Source: Blasia pusilla (Eukaryota). Taken from it: a stretch of DNA of 64,000 nt. Both the position numbers and the translations under genes were made by a program. Shown here piece after piece: positions 11,998-23,700 of the stretch. The DNA is taken from assembly GCA_050084515.1 (NCBI GenBank), contig CM114271.1, positions 37,572,001 to 37,636,000 of the forward strand. The letters run 5' to 3'. Within the stretch, counting starts at the first letter, position 1. Each line of letters opens with the position of its first letter. Below the pieces are notes generated by a model that ran no database searches, was not told where the DNA came from, and saw only the letters and a list, made by a program, of their open reading frames with translations.

Positions 11998-13574
11998 GAG
12001 ATGATTAGTAAGTAGCTGCAAGTACTAGTAGAAATATATAAATGACATTGTCCGACACGAGACAAGGCATTTGTGGTATAATGAGTTGATTCTCTTGGAT
12101 TCCTTATGATTAGTGGAATAGTGTCCACATCTCATCTCATAATGGTAAATAGAGGTCGTATTTATTCCACTATCATCAAATTCAAGGGGAATTTTGTATA
12201 TGATATCCTTTCTTGTTGATCTTGCAATAGAAGATGCACATCTAACATTGATTACTATTGCATGTGATGATCCAATATTGGTTGTTGTTAGTGTCCAATG
12301 ATAGGTTTTTGTTGTTCTTGATTGATAAATGGTTGTTGTGTTGATCCCAACAATGTTGGTTGTTGGCCTCCTTCTTATTGGATATGCGAACAAACTCATG
12401 TGAAAAATTGTATTTCTCCCTAATATATCTGTAGTCTAAGTTGCCTTAGTTTGTGCTATAACTATGTCCCTAAAAATATTGTTGTCCATGCATTACATGT
12501 CCTTTAAGAATATAACAAATGGACAAAAATATTCCATTGAGACATGTATATTTCTTTCCTTATGCCTTTCTCATTCAAAAATTTTCTCTTTATTTCAATC
12601 CATGATGTTTTAAATTATTTTATCATTAACCAAATTCAATACCGTCAATTAATATTCTAAAATTTTATTTTAAAGAAATTTTGAAAAAGAAAAAGATTGC
12701 ATCGTACACTAACTAGTCTCATGTATTGAAGAGGCCTCGTTTTTAGTGAAATTTTGGATCTAGGTGAGAGAAGAAAGTCAATATATCCAACTAAGTTTTT
12801 GAACATGTTTACATTGTGTCTTGCATCTACAATGGTTGAATTTTAAGCTAGGCATGTTCACTCACTTGAATTTCTTTGACATATGTAAGAATCTATATTA
12901 TTATCAAAACAGAGAGGGGGTTATTACTAAATATAGAAAAGGAGTTATAAAAAGTGAAACTATTAGATGTGAAGCTTAATAAAGAAAAATGTATGATCTT
13001 ACCTTATGGACCCTGTAGGACTATTTTCATTTTGTTATCGAGTCAAATCTAAAGCGAGCATATTCCATGTCGTGTTTTCATGATTTGCTCATAGAAGTTG
13101 TACAAATATTTGTGTGGTATTAGTTATGTGCCCCTTAGTTATATATGTCATTTTGAGAGGATATGTGCTATTGTATCCACACATGTGTGTGATAGTTATG
13201 ATAGTAATTTTTGTATAAGTCGGGAGCATGCTATAGATTCCATATCTATATAGATGGAAGGGAGTGGGAATTTTGGGAGGAGATAAAGTTTGAGCTGTGG
13301 GCAAAAGGATTGTTGAAGTTTTGGTAGAGGGAAAGCTCAAAGTGAATTTTCAAATTCGATCACACAATTCCATCTCCGCAGCTTAGAGGGACGGACGAGC
13401 ATGGACCTCCTACTTGATGATCCAGTCGTATGTTTGTGGCAATTGACTTGTTGATAGTATGTATGCATAAAATAGACGTAGAGTGATATTCCAGTGACCC
13501 ACATTCTTTTCTTTATAAATTTTTTAATTATTTCTTTAAAAACATACATGTATGTGCATTGCGAGAGCATCTTA

Positions 13575-14510
13575 CTAGTGTTTAAGAAAAGGGATGAAGG
13601 AGGATGAAGACATGAAGAGAAGAAGGTTTTTTAAGGAGGGATTTAAGGGTTTAGAAGGTTGAATGGAATTAAACTATTATTTTTTCCCAATTGAAGAGGT
13701 GAAAGTTGGGGATATTTTTACCCCCACAAGGAGAAACAAAGGGAGGGGATTTTTTTCCAAAGGAGGGGAAGAGGAACGCATGTTTATGAGCGCAAATTTG
13801 GCTTTGGGTGAGAGAATGCATGATATATCCAACAAAGTACTAAAACATTATTTGCCTTTCCATCATGCCTCCACAATGTTTGAATTTGAAGATAGGCATG
13901 CCAATCATCTTATCTATATTCATATTGTACAACATACAAGAAGCTTAAGCACAAAATATTCAACTCATTTGATTTTTTTTGAAAAAAGTTGTAATGTTTA
14001 AGAAAAGGATAAAGAAGGAGTGAGATATGAAGGTAAGAAGTTTTTTGGGAGAAGTTTAAGAGAAAGAGGGAGAATAGATTTTTTTTTTATCCACTGAGGA
14101 GTTGGGAATTAGGGAGATTCTTTTCCCCAAGATGAGATAACAAGGGAACCCCCAAAGGAAGGGAAGGGGAAGCATCTTTATGAGTGCAAAGTTGGTTGTG
14201 GGAAGATACTATATCCAACTAAGTTCTTAAATATTATTTTCGTTTATACCTTTCCTATGTAATGTTTAAATTTAAGATAGTCATGTTAATCATCTATATT
14301 ATTATTGTACAATGCACAAGTAGCTAAAGCACAAAATAGTCACAATATTCTTTTTGGGTAATATATAGTAGTGTTTAAGAGAGAGATGAGATAGCATGGA
14401 GACATGAAGGGAATAAGTTATTTTATGAATAGTTGAAGGAAAAAGGAGAATGCAAAATTAAGGGTTTATTTTGTTTCCAATTGAGGAGATAGGAGTTGGA
14501 GAGATTTTAA
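13575..14510 (+). repeat. Degenerate tandem array, ~380-420-bp unit (two full units plus a partial third), probably Helitron-related
   Basis: Units begin TGTTTAAGA-purine-rich at ~13579, ~13996 and ~14372. Shared blocks ATATCCAAC.AAGT and ATCTATATT...TTGTACAA; a partial copy lies at ~12780-12905. Confidence 0.65.
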
Positions 14511-15873
14511 ATCACTGTTGAAAAAAAAGAGATTGAACGTTTATTCCATATATCACTACAATGTCTCAAATCTACATTTTGGTTGAAAAATATTTGATTT
14601 CTTGTATGTCTTTAGTGATCATAAAAAATTATAAAATTCAAACATTGGGGGAAAAAATATTTTTGCATGTATTCGTTCCCTGACAATCACCTTTATATGA
14701 TTCTATGTAGAATGATTGGTGGTAGTAAACATCCAAACAAACAATTTATTAATATGAAAAATGTTATACGATGGTGACGATAATAATGTGCATGCACATA
14801 ATTGAACGTAAATGAATGTGTGAATGTTAGAGAATAAAACTAGGATAATGACCCCTATGGATTTTGAGTGATCTTGTTACTATGCGAAATAACACAAATC
14901 GGTAACCTCTACCTTGCTTTACACATGCCAATAATCGTATTGCCCTATCCTAACCCCCAAAATGTTTTTTTCCCCCTAATGTCATAAGTCAAATATAGAG
15001 GTATTTTCAAATAATACTGTCATTAATGTAAAATTATAGTAAGATGCCCATGTGATGCACAACCATGAGACAATAGAGGAGGCATTCCTTATGTTATTTG
15101 AAAATCGACCCAGGGAAGTGTGACGACAACTCGTGCTTAACCCATGCCATGGTGACCGTGATGAAAATTTGAATTGTAATCATCATTATAAATACAAATA
15201 TTCCAATAAGCATGTGGAAATAGGTGGCAAACTTGTGGTGATTAAAAATGACAAGTATGTACTTATAAGACACACAATGATTATTTATGAAAATTACGTA
15301 AATAAAACCTAAAATTTTTATAAATGAAAAATTTGAATACTGAGTGGTGTTGCCTCCCTCAATTATAATTACGGCTCCTAATAGTAGTGTATAAATTCTG
15401 CATTTAAATTCTGTAGGGACAAGTGTCTCGGTGGGCAGAGGATGGACAGGGCATGCACGCCGAATTGCTGTATATGTGGGAGTTGGGTTGCGGTAGGATG
15501 TAATGCATACTGCTGCCTGAACTTAGAGATCTGCAATAGTTTTGTCGTGGATTGGATTTTTGACCTTCTCTGTTGCACACAAATCTTTATGGCTTCAACT
15601 AGGATTGGCATTTCCTTCATGCGAAGAATAGAAAGCATACTTATTGGTCGGCGCTTCCGGTGTGTACTCTGGGATTCGTCATTGCGTATTGCAATTAGCG
15701 AACGAAAGAATGAAAGGGAGGGACCCCGAGGGAGTGAGTGAGATCCTCTCCCTTTCAATCTTTGGCCCTCTAGTGTGAGTGAGAGAGGGCCGGGTGACAG
15801 CCCCTCCGTTAGTTATGGTTACACAAAGCACACGTCATTGGGGTACAAAGTGTGGCATTTTGACTTCAATGAA

Positions 15874-15876
<3 letters not shown>

Positions 15877-15930
<54 letters not shown>
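15877..15930. repeat. (GA)27 microsatellite
   Basis: Perfect GA run. Confidence 0.97.
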
Positions 15931-15934
<4 letters not shown>

Positions 15935-16910
15935 CAGAAGTACGTACGTCCGCTGTGCCTCCACTCGACAACAACAAACGCGACACCCTGTGACTTTGTG
16001 AGTGTTACTAGAGCCCCTCATTTCCCGTCTGTTCGCGTATTGCGTACGAGTGAGGCGGCTCAGGTACGGGGGCTCTGAATTTGGAGGTACCTCCAACCCT
16101 AAACACTCTTGTAGAGGTAGTGCCCCTCTTAGTTTGGATGTGCCTCTAGTCTCTCCCCATCCAACCCTTAATTTTCCTCCCAAACAAGTTTAATTAAAGC
16201 TCAAAACCAGGGCCGCATACCGATTTTGAGTCTACACTCCATATCAATTTTCACTCTCATTACGGATCTACATATAACTCCACTATCCATTCATCCAACA
16301 ATCTCTTCCCCATTGATGTTTTTCCCCTCTCAAAGGGCTCATTGGTTTGTAAGATGGGGTAGGGGTGCAGAGTATTGTAGGTTTCCTCGCGCCTATTCAT
16401 CCTCGGGTTAAGTCATGAAGGATGAGAGAAGAGTTAAGCAACAATGGACACTTAGGCAAAAAGAGCTCACGATCCGAATTCAAACATACTACTTGCTACA
16501 AGTCTCCTTCACAACAATATAAATGAAAAAGATGTAACCTTATTTTAGCATAGCATTTCGAATAAGGATCATGATAAACTAACCCAACCTGGGGTGAGTT
16601 ATGGAAATTATGGTTTTCTAATTCCGCCACAAACTTTTAAACGAATCGCGAGGATGCGATTTTCGTGGGACCCGCGCGGTGTCACTTTCTCACGACAACT
16701 CGGTTGACGAAGATCGCCACAAGAGCAAATCCGACGGTACTTAACCTGCGTAGTTATGAAGTGACCGTGAAGAAATCGCAGTGACCACTAGTGCTTCGAA
16801 GGTCAGCGTCCCAAGGTGGAATGCCGGCGGGTTCCCGTTACGAACAGGACCGCCGACAAATGTAGCGTTCGTTTACGAAACCGCCGCGGACGTAGTCCTA
16901 AGGAAATGTT

Positions 16911-16943
16911 CTGCCCTGCCCTGCCCTGCCCTGCCCTGCCCTG
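16911..16943. repeat. (CTGCC)n microsatellite upstream of the PCF11-like gene
   Basis: About 6.5 copies of CTGCC; a (GGAC)n run follows at ~17106-17133. Confidence 0.9.
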
Positions 16944-17745
16944 ACCCTTCACGGCCCTCGGGTCTTTCCCCGAAGGACCAGCTCCGCTGCGCAGACCTCA
17001 GCTTCGTTTCCTTGTGCCTCGTCTTCCGTGGGCCAGTCCACTGACTCCACTCGCAGTGCGCTCGCGGCCGATGTTTATGAAGATCGCAGGCACAGGTCGG
17101 GAGGGGACGGACGGACGGACGGACGGACGGACGGTGGCGGACGAAATGTGGTGCAGGGAGTGTAGCTGGGCTGCGTGAAAGCTTTGTCGGCCTCGGCGGT
17201 GGGCGAAGCGCGGACAGGTGCGGACGACGAATTTGAGAGAGGGATCGAGAGGAGATGGACGAGGAGGGAAGTGGATGCGAGTGGGAATAGGAATAGGAAG
17301 AGCAGTGAAGCGGGGCCAATGTGCTGCGGTGTGAGTTTCAAGGGAAGATGATGATGCTGGTCTGTTTGATTACTGGTTCCGCGAGGAATGCTGGAACTTT
17401 TAGGTTGAGCGCAGTGCGTGTACGGGTGAGCGAAATGAGTAAGTAGGGAAGAGGAGTTTGGACCCGGGATCATGAAGTCCGTGGTTCTTTCTCGCAGGGG
17501 ATTTTGGGAGTAGCAAGGAGTGTTTTTGGCACAGGGAAAGTGCGTGCAGGGATTGTACGGTTTGTGCTGCTTTTGTGTGGATGAGCGAGGCAACACTGGG
17601 CGGAGATGGCCATGTACCGAGACATTCTAGGCGGATTTCGTCATTCTGAAAGAAGGCGGATTTTAGGGCTAGGAATGCGCGGGGTTTCTTAGTTGTGTTT
17701 CTGTGGCGTTGGCGAAACATTTGAGGAGAGTAGAGTGGGCCCAAG

Positions 17746-20700
17746 ATGGACATATCACTGGAGCGAGAGAGGCAGCAACAAAGGAACGCAGAGAGGTTGA
17801 GAGAGATGGCGATCAAGAATAGAGGAGTGCGGGAAGATGTGGAACGTAAAAGGGGTGTGGACCCAAGGGAGAGGCGCGTGGACAGAGTTATGGCTTCCGA
17901 GAGGGGGCTGGTGGACAGGGAGAGAATGCGGGACAGACCGGTTCTGAAGGATAGGATTATGCTTGGTGATAGAGATAGTAAAGCAGGTAAGGCAACAGAT
18001 AGAATGTTGGAAAGGGTTGTTAGGCCCGGTGAGAGGGACGGTGCTAGGGATGTGGTAAGGGCGGTTTCCTTGGAGAGGCTACGAGCGCCGGTTAGGGATA
18101 GAGACGACGAAAGACCGACTGACAGAACCAGAGATGTGGAGAGAGATTCTGTGGGGACCGGGAGAGGCGGTGAGAGAGATATAGAAAGAGAAGAGTCCTT
18201 GAAGGAGCTGGTTTCGTCGTATAAATCGGCTCTGGCCGAGCTCACGTTCAATTCCAAACCGATTATTACGAATCTCACAATTATTGCTGGGGAGAATGCA
18301 CACGCTGCCAAAGGCATCACCTCCACTGTCTGTGTGCACATTCTAGAGGTACCGTTCGCGTTTTCTATCATTGGCCCTTAGTGCTCTAATGACTTATATC
18401 TCTCGTAACCTTGCATCCTTCTCCTTCTCACCAGTTGACAATGGACTTTGGATAATGATTCAGTTTTGTTCCTCCACTTTCTTTCATCCTTGTGATATAG
18501 AACGCTGTCGTGGCAAGGGAATCAAAGCAAACTTCGGTCATGTGTGCACTTTCCCGCCCTACATATTAGGCCTGCTAAAGGCCTATGGTACAGTAAGTTT
18601 ATGTTTTTTGAGGTCTGTCGCAGGTCTATGGATATATTTGTATCATTTTGAGTTTATCAACCCGTTACACCTTGGAGGGAAGCTTACTGCATGGTATTCC
18701 CTCCCGGAAAGCTTTCATTTCTGTCGTGAAATAAAACTTGTCAATCTTAACCCTAATCAGTGTAAACATGCTACCCCAGTTCTCTGAAATTCGTACAATT
18801 TTTCCCAATGGGCCCCCAAAACTCTTTTTTTGGGCTGGAAGTTGGTAGTCCTTACCTAGTCCAAGCAAATGCCACACTTTCAGCTTAAATGCTATCCTCA
18901 GTATGTAGTATCTCTGCAAATCTCAGAATGCAGTGGTCATTCTGATGCATGTGGCTGTCTAGAGCTAATTCACATTCAGATCATTTCAACCCTAGATGAA
19001 GGAAAATGAACTGGGACTGGTGAATTTTACTTAAATTTTGTTGAGAGGAAACCTAGATTGCTTGCAGCGTCATTAATATAATTGGCTTAAGGTGCTTTTT
19101 CCCACAGCCAAAGAGATTTTTTTTTGTAGAATTTTGATCCCTTAACAGAGTTAATCGTCATTAGTGACATGTGTTCCAAAATATGCAATGAAAATTTGTG
19201 AGTTCTTGATGGCCCAGTTTTAGGTAGTAGCATAAATAGAAGATAGCAATCTACTTGTGCCCATGGGAAGATAAGTAATCTGTTGGGCAGATTGGAAGAT
19301 GCTAGGAAAGAGTAGGGGTATTAATTGATCGATGTCAAGTGTAACAGTTGGATCGAATCTGTGTAGTCATATTCCCAGTGTTGTGGGACATACCAAGTAA
19401 TTTTATGGTTTTGTTGGTCACCAGGCCTCTACTGGGAGCTGCTCCAAAGGTCTTTACGTATGGGATATTTGTGGTGTCTTATTCCTTAGAGAGTTATCAG
19501 CCTTAGTAGAATGTACAGTGATTGAAGTACTGTGAGACCTTCTCTAACTTCCCTTTTGACTGTAATGTGGTCGGTTTATCATTGTCCAGGTACCGAAAGA
19601 GCAAAAGCTTCCATCTCTGTATCTTCTGGATAGTATTGTGAAGAACATTGGTGGGGATTACATAAACTACTTTTCGGCGCGTCTGCCAGAGGTGAACATG
19701 TCTAACCTAGTGAAAGCAATTTTAGATTTCTACATAGTAATTATCTACCCAGAAATGATCTGTCTCTCCAGAGTTTTATTTCCTGTGATTTGCTTAAGTT
19801 AGTACTTCCCCGAGCATGATTCAGATTATTAGGTGAGAATTATGGTTGAAATGTAAATCCAATTTCAAAGATGGTATCCGTAAGGCCAGGTTTTCAGCTA
19901 TGCTATGGTGCCCTGTGGTCTATTCCTGCTACAGGTCAGGACTAAGGCTGGTTGAAATCTGTCAACCTTTCTGATGCAACAGTTATCTGGCGAGGCAGAC
20001 CCGAGATTTTTTACCAATACTTACAACAGCTCTCGCTAAAGTGGTTCTGATTAATTTTGCATCTTTTGGCGGGATCTTCTTCTTTTGTGTTCGTCAAAAC
20101 AATGAACATTTGTTACTGATCAGTAAAAAATCTTGTACATAAGCAGCTATTGAAAGGTCTTTTGGTTCTGTAATTTGGGAAATTGTATCAGTGAAAAGTA
20201 TATTGTAAGTGTGACAACCCGAAACACATACAAGTTTGCAATTCAAAATTTTTTGGGGCTTTAGTTTTTTAAGAATTTAGGATTTTACTCTACTGAACCC
20301 AAGTGAAAGCGGTTCCTGCTGTGGTTGGTAGGCATCAAAGACATCGCATAATTGCCTAGACGGAAAGCACCTCGTGTTTCTAAACCTCTGATCTTGTTCC
20401 TCCACTTTCCCCTGTGTTGGTTGTGGGTCCTCATATTCTTGACATACATTGTGCGGGTAGTTTCAGTAAATTTCCTGATCGAGTATTCTTATTTTGCATG
20501 CAGGTGTTTTGCAAGGCCTACAAGCAAGTTGATCCTACCACCACTCCAGCTATGCAACATCTGTTCAGGACATGGCGTGATGTATTTCCTAAGGCCCCTC
20601 TCCGCCTGATAGAGGATGAGCTGCAAATTTCCACCTCGGTGCCTAATGGACCACCATCAGGAGTAAGTCCGCCACCTAGAACTGTTGAGTCCCCACTGCA

Positions 20701-23700
20701 GCGAACTGGCCATAGCATTCATGTGAATCCTAAGTATCTAGAGGCCCAACGTCAGCGGCTTCAGCAAACTGGCCAGGTGTGTATCTCTGCTAGATGGTAA
20801 ACAAGAAATTAAACATTGTCAAAAGTCAGATTTTTTCTTTCAAGAGGAATGAAGGGCTTAAACATTAAACTAGTCATGCCTTTCATGGTGGAATATTAAG
20901 TCACTAGTCTTTGATATCGGGGAACTCATGTGTCGTACCTCCTAGGAAGGGCCACAATGATTGGTCTAGATGGTCTGGAAAGTTTTGGAGGAATAATGAA
21001 GTAGAGGTTGTTTGCCTGTAACATAATGCTTCCTCTTAAGACACTTGCATATGTGGAGCACTGGAGAGTAAATATGATGGTTTTTACCTAACTTTTAGGA
21101 TGGAGTTTTGGGATTGTGAGCAATGCATCCTGGATTGGAGTTCCAAATTCATGCTGATGGGCTTATTGCAGGCAGACAGTGTTGCACCTGAAAGCAATGG
21201 AGGCCCTGTGATGCGTGTTGCGGAGGATTCTGTCATGCGTGAGGGTTCAAAAGGGTGGTCGGATGGTCTACTTAAACGTCCTCCTGTATGTGTTCTTTGT
21301 CCAACTTCCTTCACAACCCAGTGTCGTGACTGATATGAGTTGAGATATCTTTTCATACTCTGTGGCTCGTTTTGTAAGAAATTTGTCTGGGGTTGAAAGT
21401 GTGGTCATATAGCCTCGTGAAAAGCCGTCCTGTAGGGCTCTTAGTATCTAACTTCCCTCACAGTTTAGTGTATGCTGACTGAAATTAGATGAGCTATCTT
21501 TATACTTTCTGATTTCATTTCATTACGACTCGTGGTGGTAACAATGTTTATCATATGTAGCCAAGGTGAATTTCCCATCATTTCAATGATCATTGGGTTG
21601 GGACACCCTTGCCAAGCATGCATGTGGGGATGACCTTGGATACACTTCTTGTCCACTAACACTCAAATTCCTCCCTTATCATGACGACATTTTTCAGTGT
21701 TCTCTCTGTGAAATGAACCTCTGATTGGTAAAGTCTTTCCTGTTCAGATGGCTGCATCTTCACGTGGTAAAAGAGAAGAATATGGGGATCCCAGCTATGG
21801 ACGTGATGGATCATTTGATTTTGATTATGATGATTATGGTCTCAACAATGTGCGGAAGCCGGTTGCTGGAAGAGGTGTGGAAAGAGAGGAAGGTTGGGAT
21901 CCTGGGTATAATCGAGAAGGTGATGGGGATGGTTTTGGACACGAAGAAGGTAGAAGTGCACGAGCTCGCTATGGCTCAAGAAATGGATATGAGTGGAGGC
22001 AGCCTCCTGCTAGGGGTGCAGAAATGGATGGTTACGGTTATAACAGGGGACCAGGACCTGGGAGAGGTGGCCCATTTCGCCCTACACAGCCTCCTGTGGA
22101 TGGATTGGAAGGTACTGGGAGGGGAAGTACTGATAATTGGCTTAGAACTGAAGAGGAAGAATATGATTGGGGAGATATGAGTCCGCGTCTAGGGCAGACT
22201 CAAGGGCGAGAGGAAGAACGGAGTCGCGAAGGGCTTCCTCATGATGATTGGTATAGCAGTGATTGTGATAGGGGCATCACTGGTAATGAAAGTGGACGGC
22301 AAAAACGAACTAGCTTAGAAGCTGGTTTCGAAGACAATGCCAACTGGAGGAGGCGCGGACCTGGTGAGCAAATGGAGCAGTCTCTACTTGCTAGTGATCG
22401 TCTTCCAAAGGTGTGCGGTTTTGTCCCTTCAAAAACTTTAAATAATGGAATGTTACGTACAGCTAGGTTTCTTCTGGCCTTGTTATGAAAATTTCTTCTT
22501 AGCTAGTGCAAACATGTGGTAGAAAGGCTACGGTAGACTGTAAGATTTTTGTTTTGTTGGTTTTTTGGTGGGGGTGAAATTGGGGTGATCAGTAATCTGG
22601 AAAAATTATGATGGTCCTATGTATGGCACAAGACTCTTAGCAGTCACACCAAGTTGTGAGATCTGTCTTGTGTTGTAACCATGATGACTGGGCCTCATGG
22701 TCGAATACTATGATGGCATTTGTTGCTTTGATTATTCCATTAATTCCATTTCTTTTATGGTGTTGGTTCTCATTAGTTTGTGACCAACAACTAGGATGCT
22801 GATCCTGTATGTGGCCTGCCTATCCAGGAGTTTGATGACAGAAGTCGCATGCAGCAAGGTCTTGGTGGTCGAGAACTAGGGGTTGGTGTTATGGATCAAG
22901 GTCCTGGAGGTCGGGCACCCATGTCTGGTTCAGGCAGTCGTTTGCATGGTGGCTGGCCATCTCAGTCACACAGTCCTCGAAATCTTAGCCCCCCAAACCA
23001 GTCACGAGTGCGATCTGGACCACTTCAATTGGCAGTGCCCAATCGTAACATTTCTCCAACAGCAAGAGGTTCATCTAATCTAATTCCTCGTGCTGGAACA
23101 CCACCTGCATTAAGTAATGGTGTGGGTCCTACTGTCAACAGCAGTCAGTTTGAATCAAGTTCAAGCGCTCGGACAAATATGGGAAATTTTGCAGGTTCTC
23201 CAACGTATGGCAATCTCTCCCCAGTGACACCAGTGTCCAGTTTGCCTTTCCAGCATCAGCAACACTCTCATCGGCTCCCGTCTCCCCCCAACCAGCTGGG
23301 AAATCATCAGATTCAGCAAATTCCTCTTCTTCCTCAGTCTCAACAACAAAATCAACAATCTCAACTTCCGCAGCTGCAACATGAGCAATCAAATCACTTA
23401 TCATCTGTGAGACACCAGATTCAAGGGCCTACTCAGTCACAATCCTCACAGCCACTCCCTCCAGCTCCACAGTCTTTGCAGCACATCACTCAATCACAAG
23501 TACCTCCACAGAGTGTACCACAGCCACTACATCTAGCACAGCAGGTGCTACCTCTTCAACAGTCCTCACAGATGCCTGGACTTCAGCAAACTCAACAAGT
23601 GCCAGCTCCCCAGCAACCACAAGTTTCTGCCCACCAGCAGCAGTTGCAGCAAACTCAAAATCAGCTTCAGCAACCAGTACACCAGCCAATCCTTCCCTTG

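Noticed and set aside
17400-18371. 323-aa minus-strand ORF and other antisense ORFs over the PCF11-like exons
   Set aside because: S/L-rich shadow frames of the purine-rich sense coding sequence.
22681-22802. Intronic C/D snoRNA (ATGATGA...CTGA)
   Set aside because: No terminal stem or recognisable rRNA antisense element; the CTGAT is better explained as the branch point.
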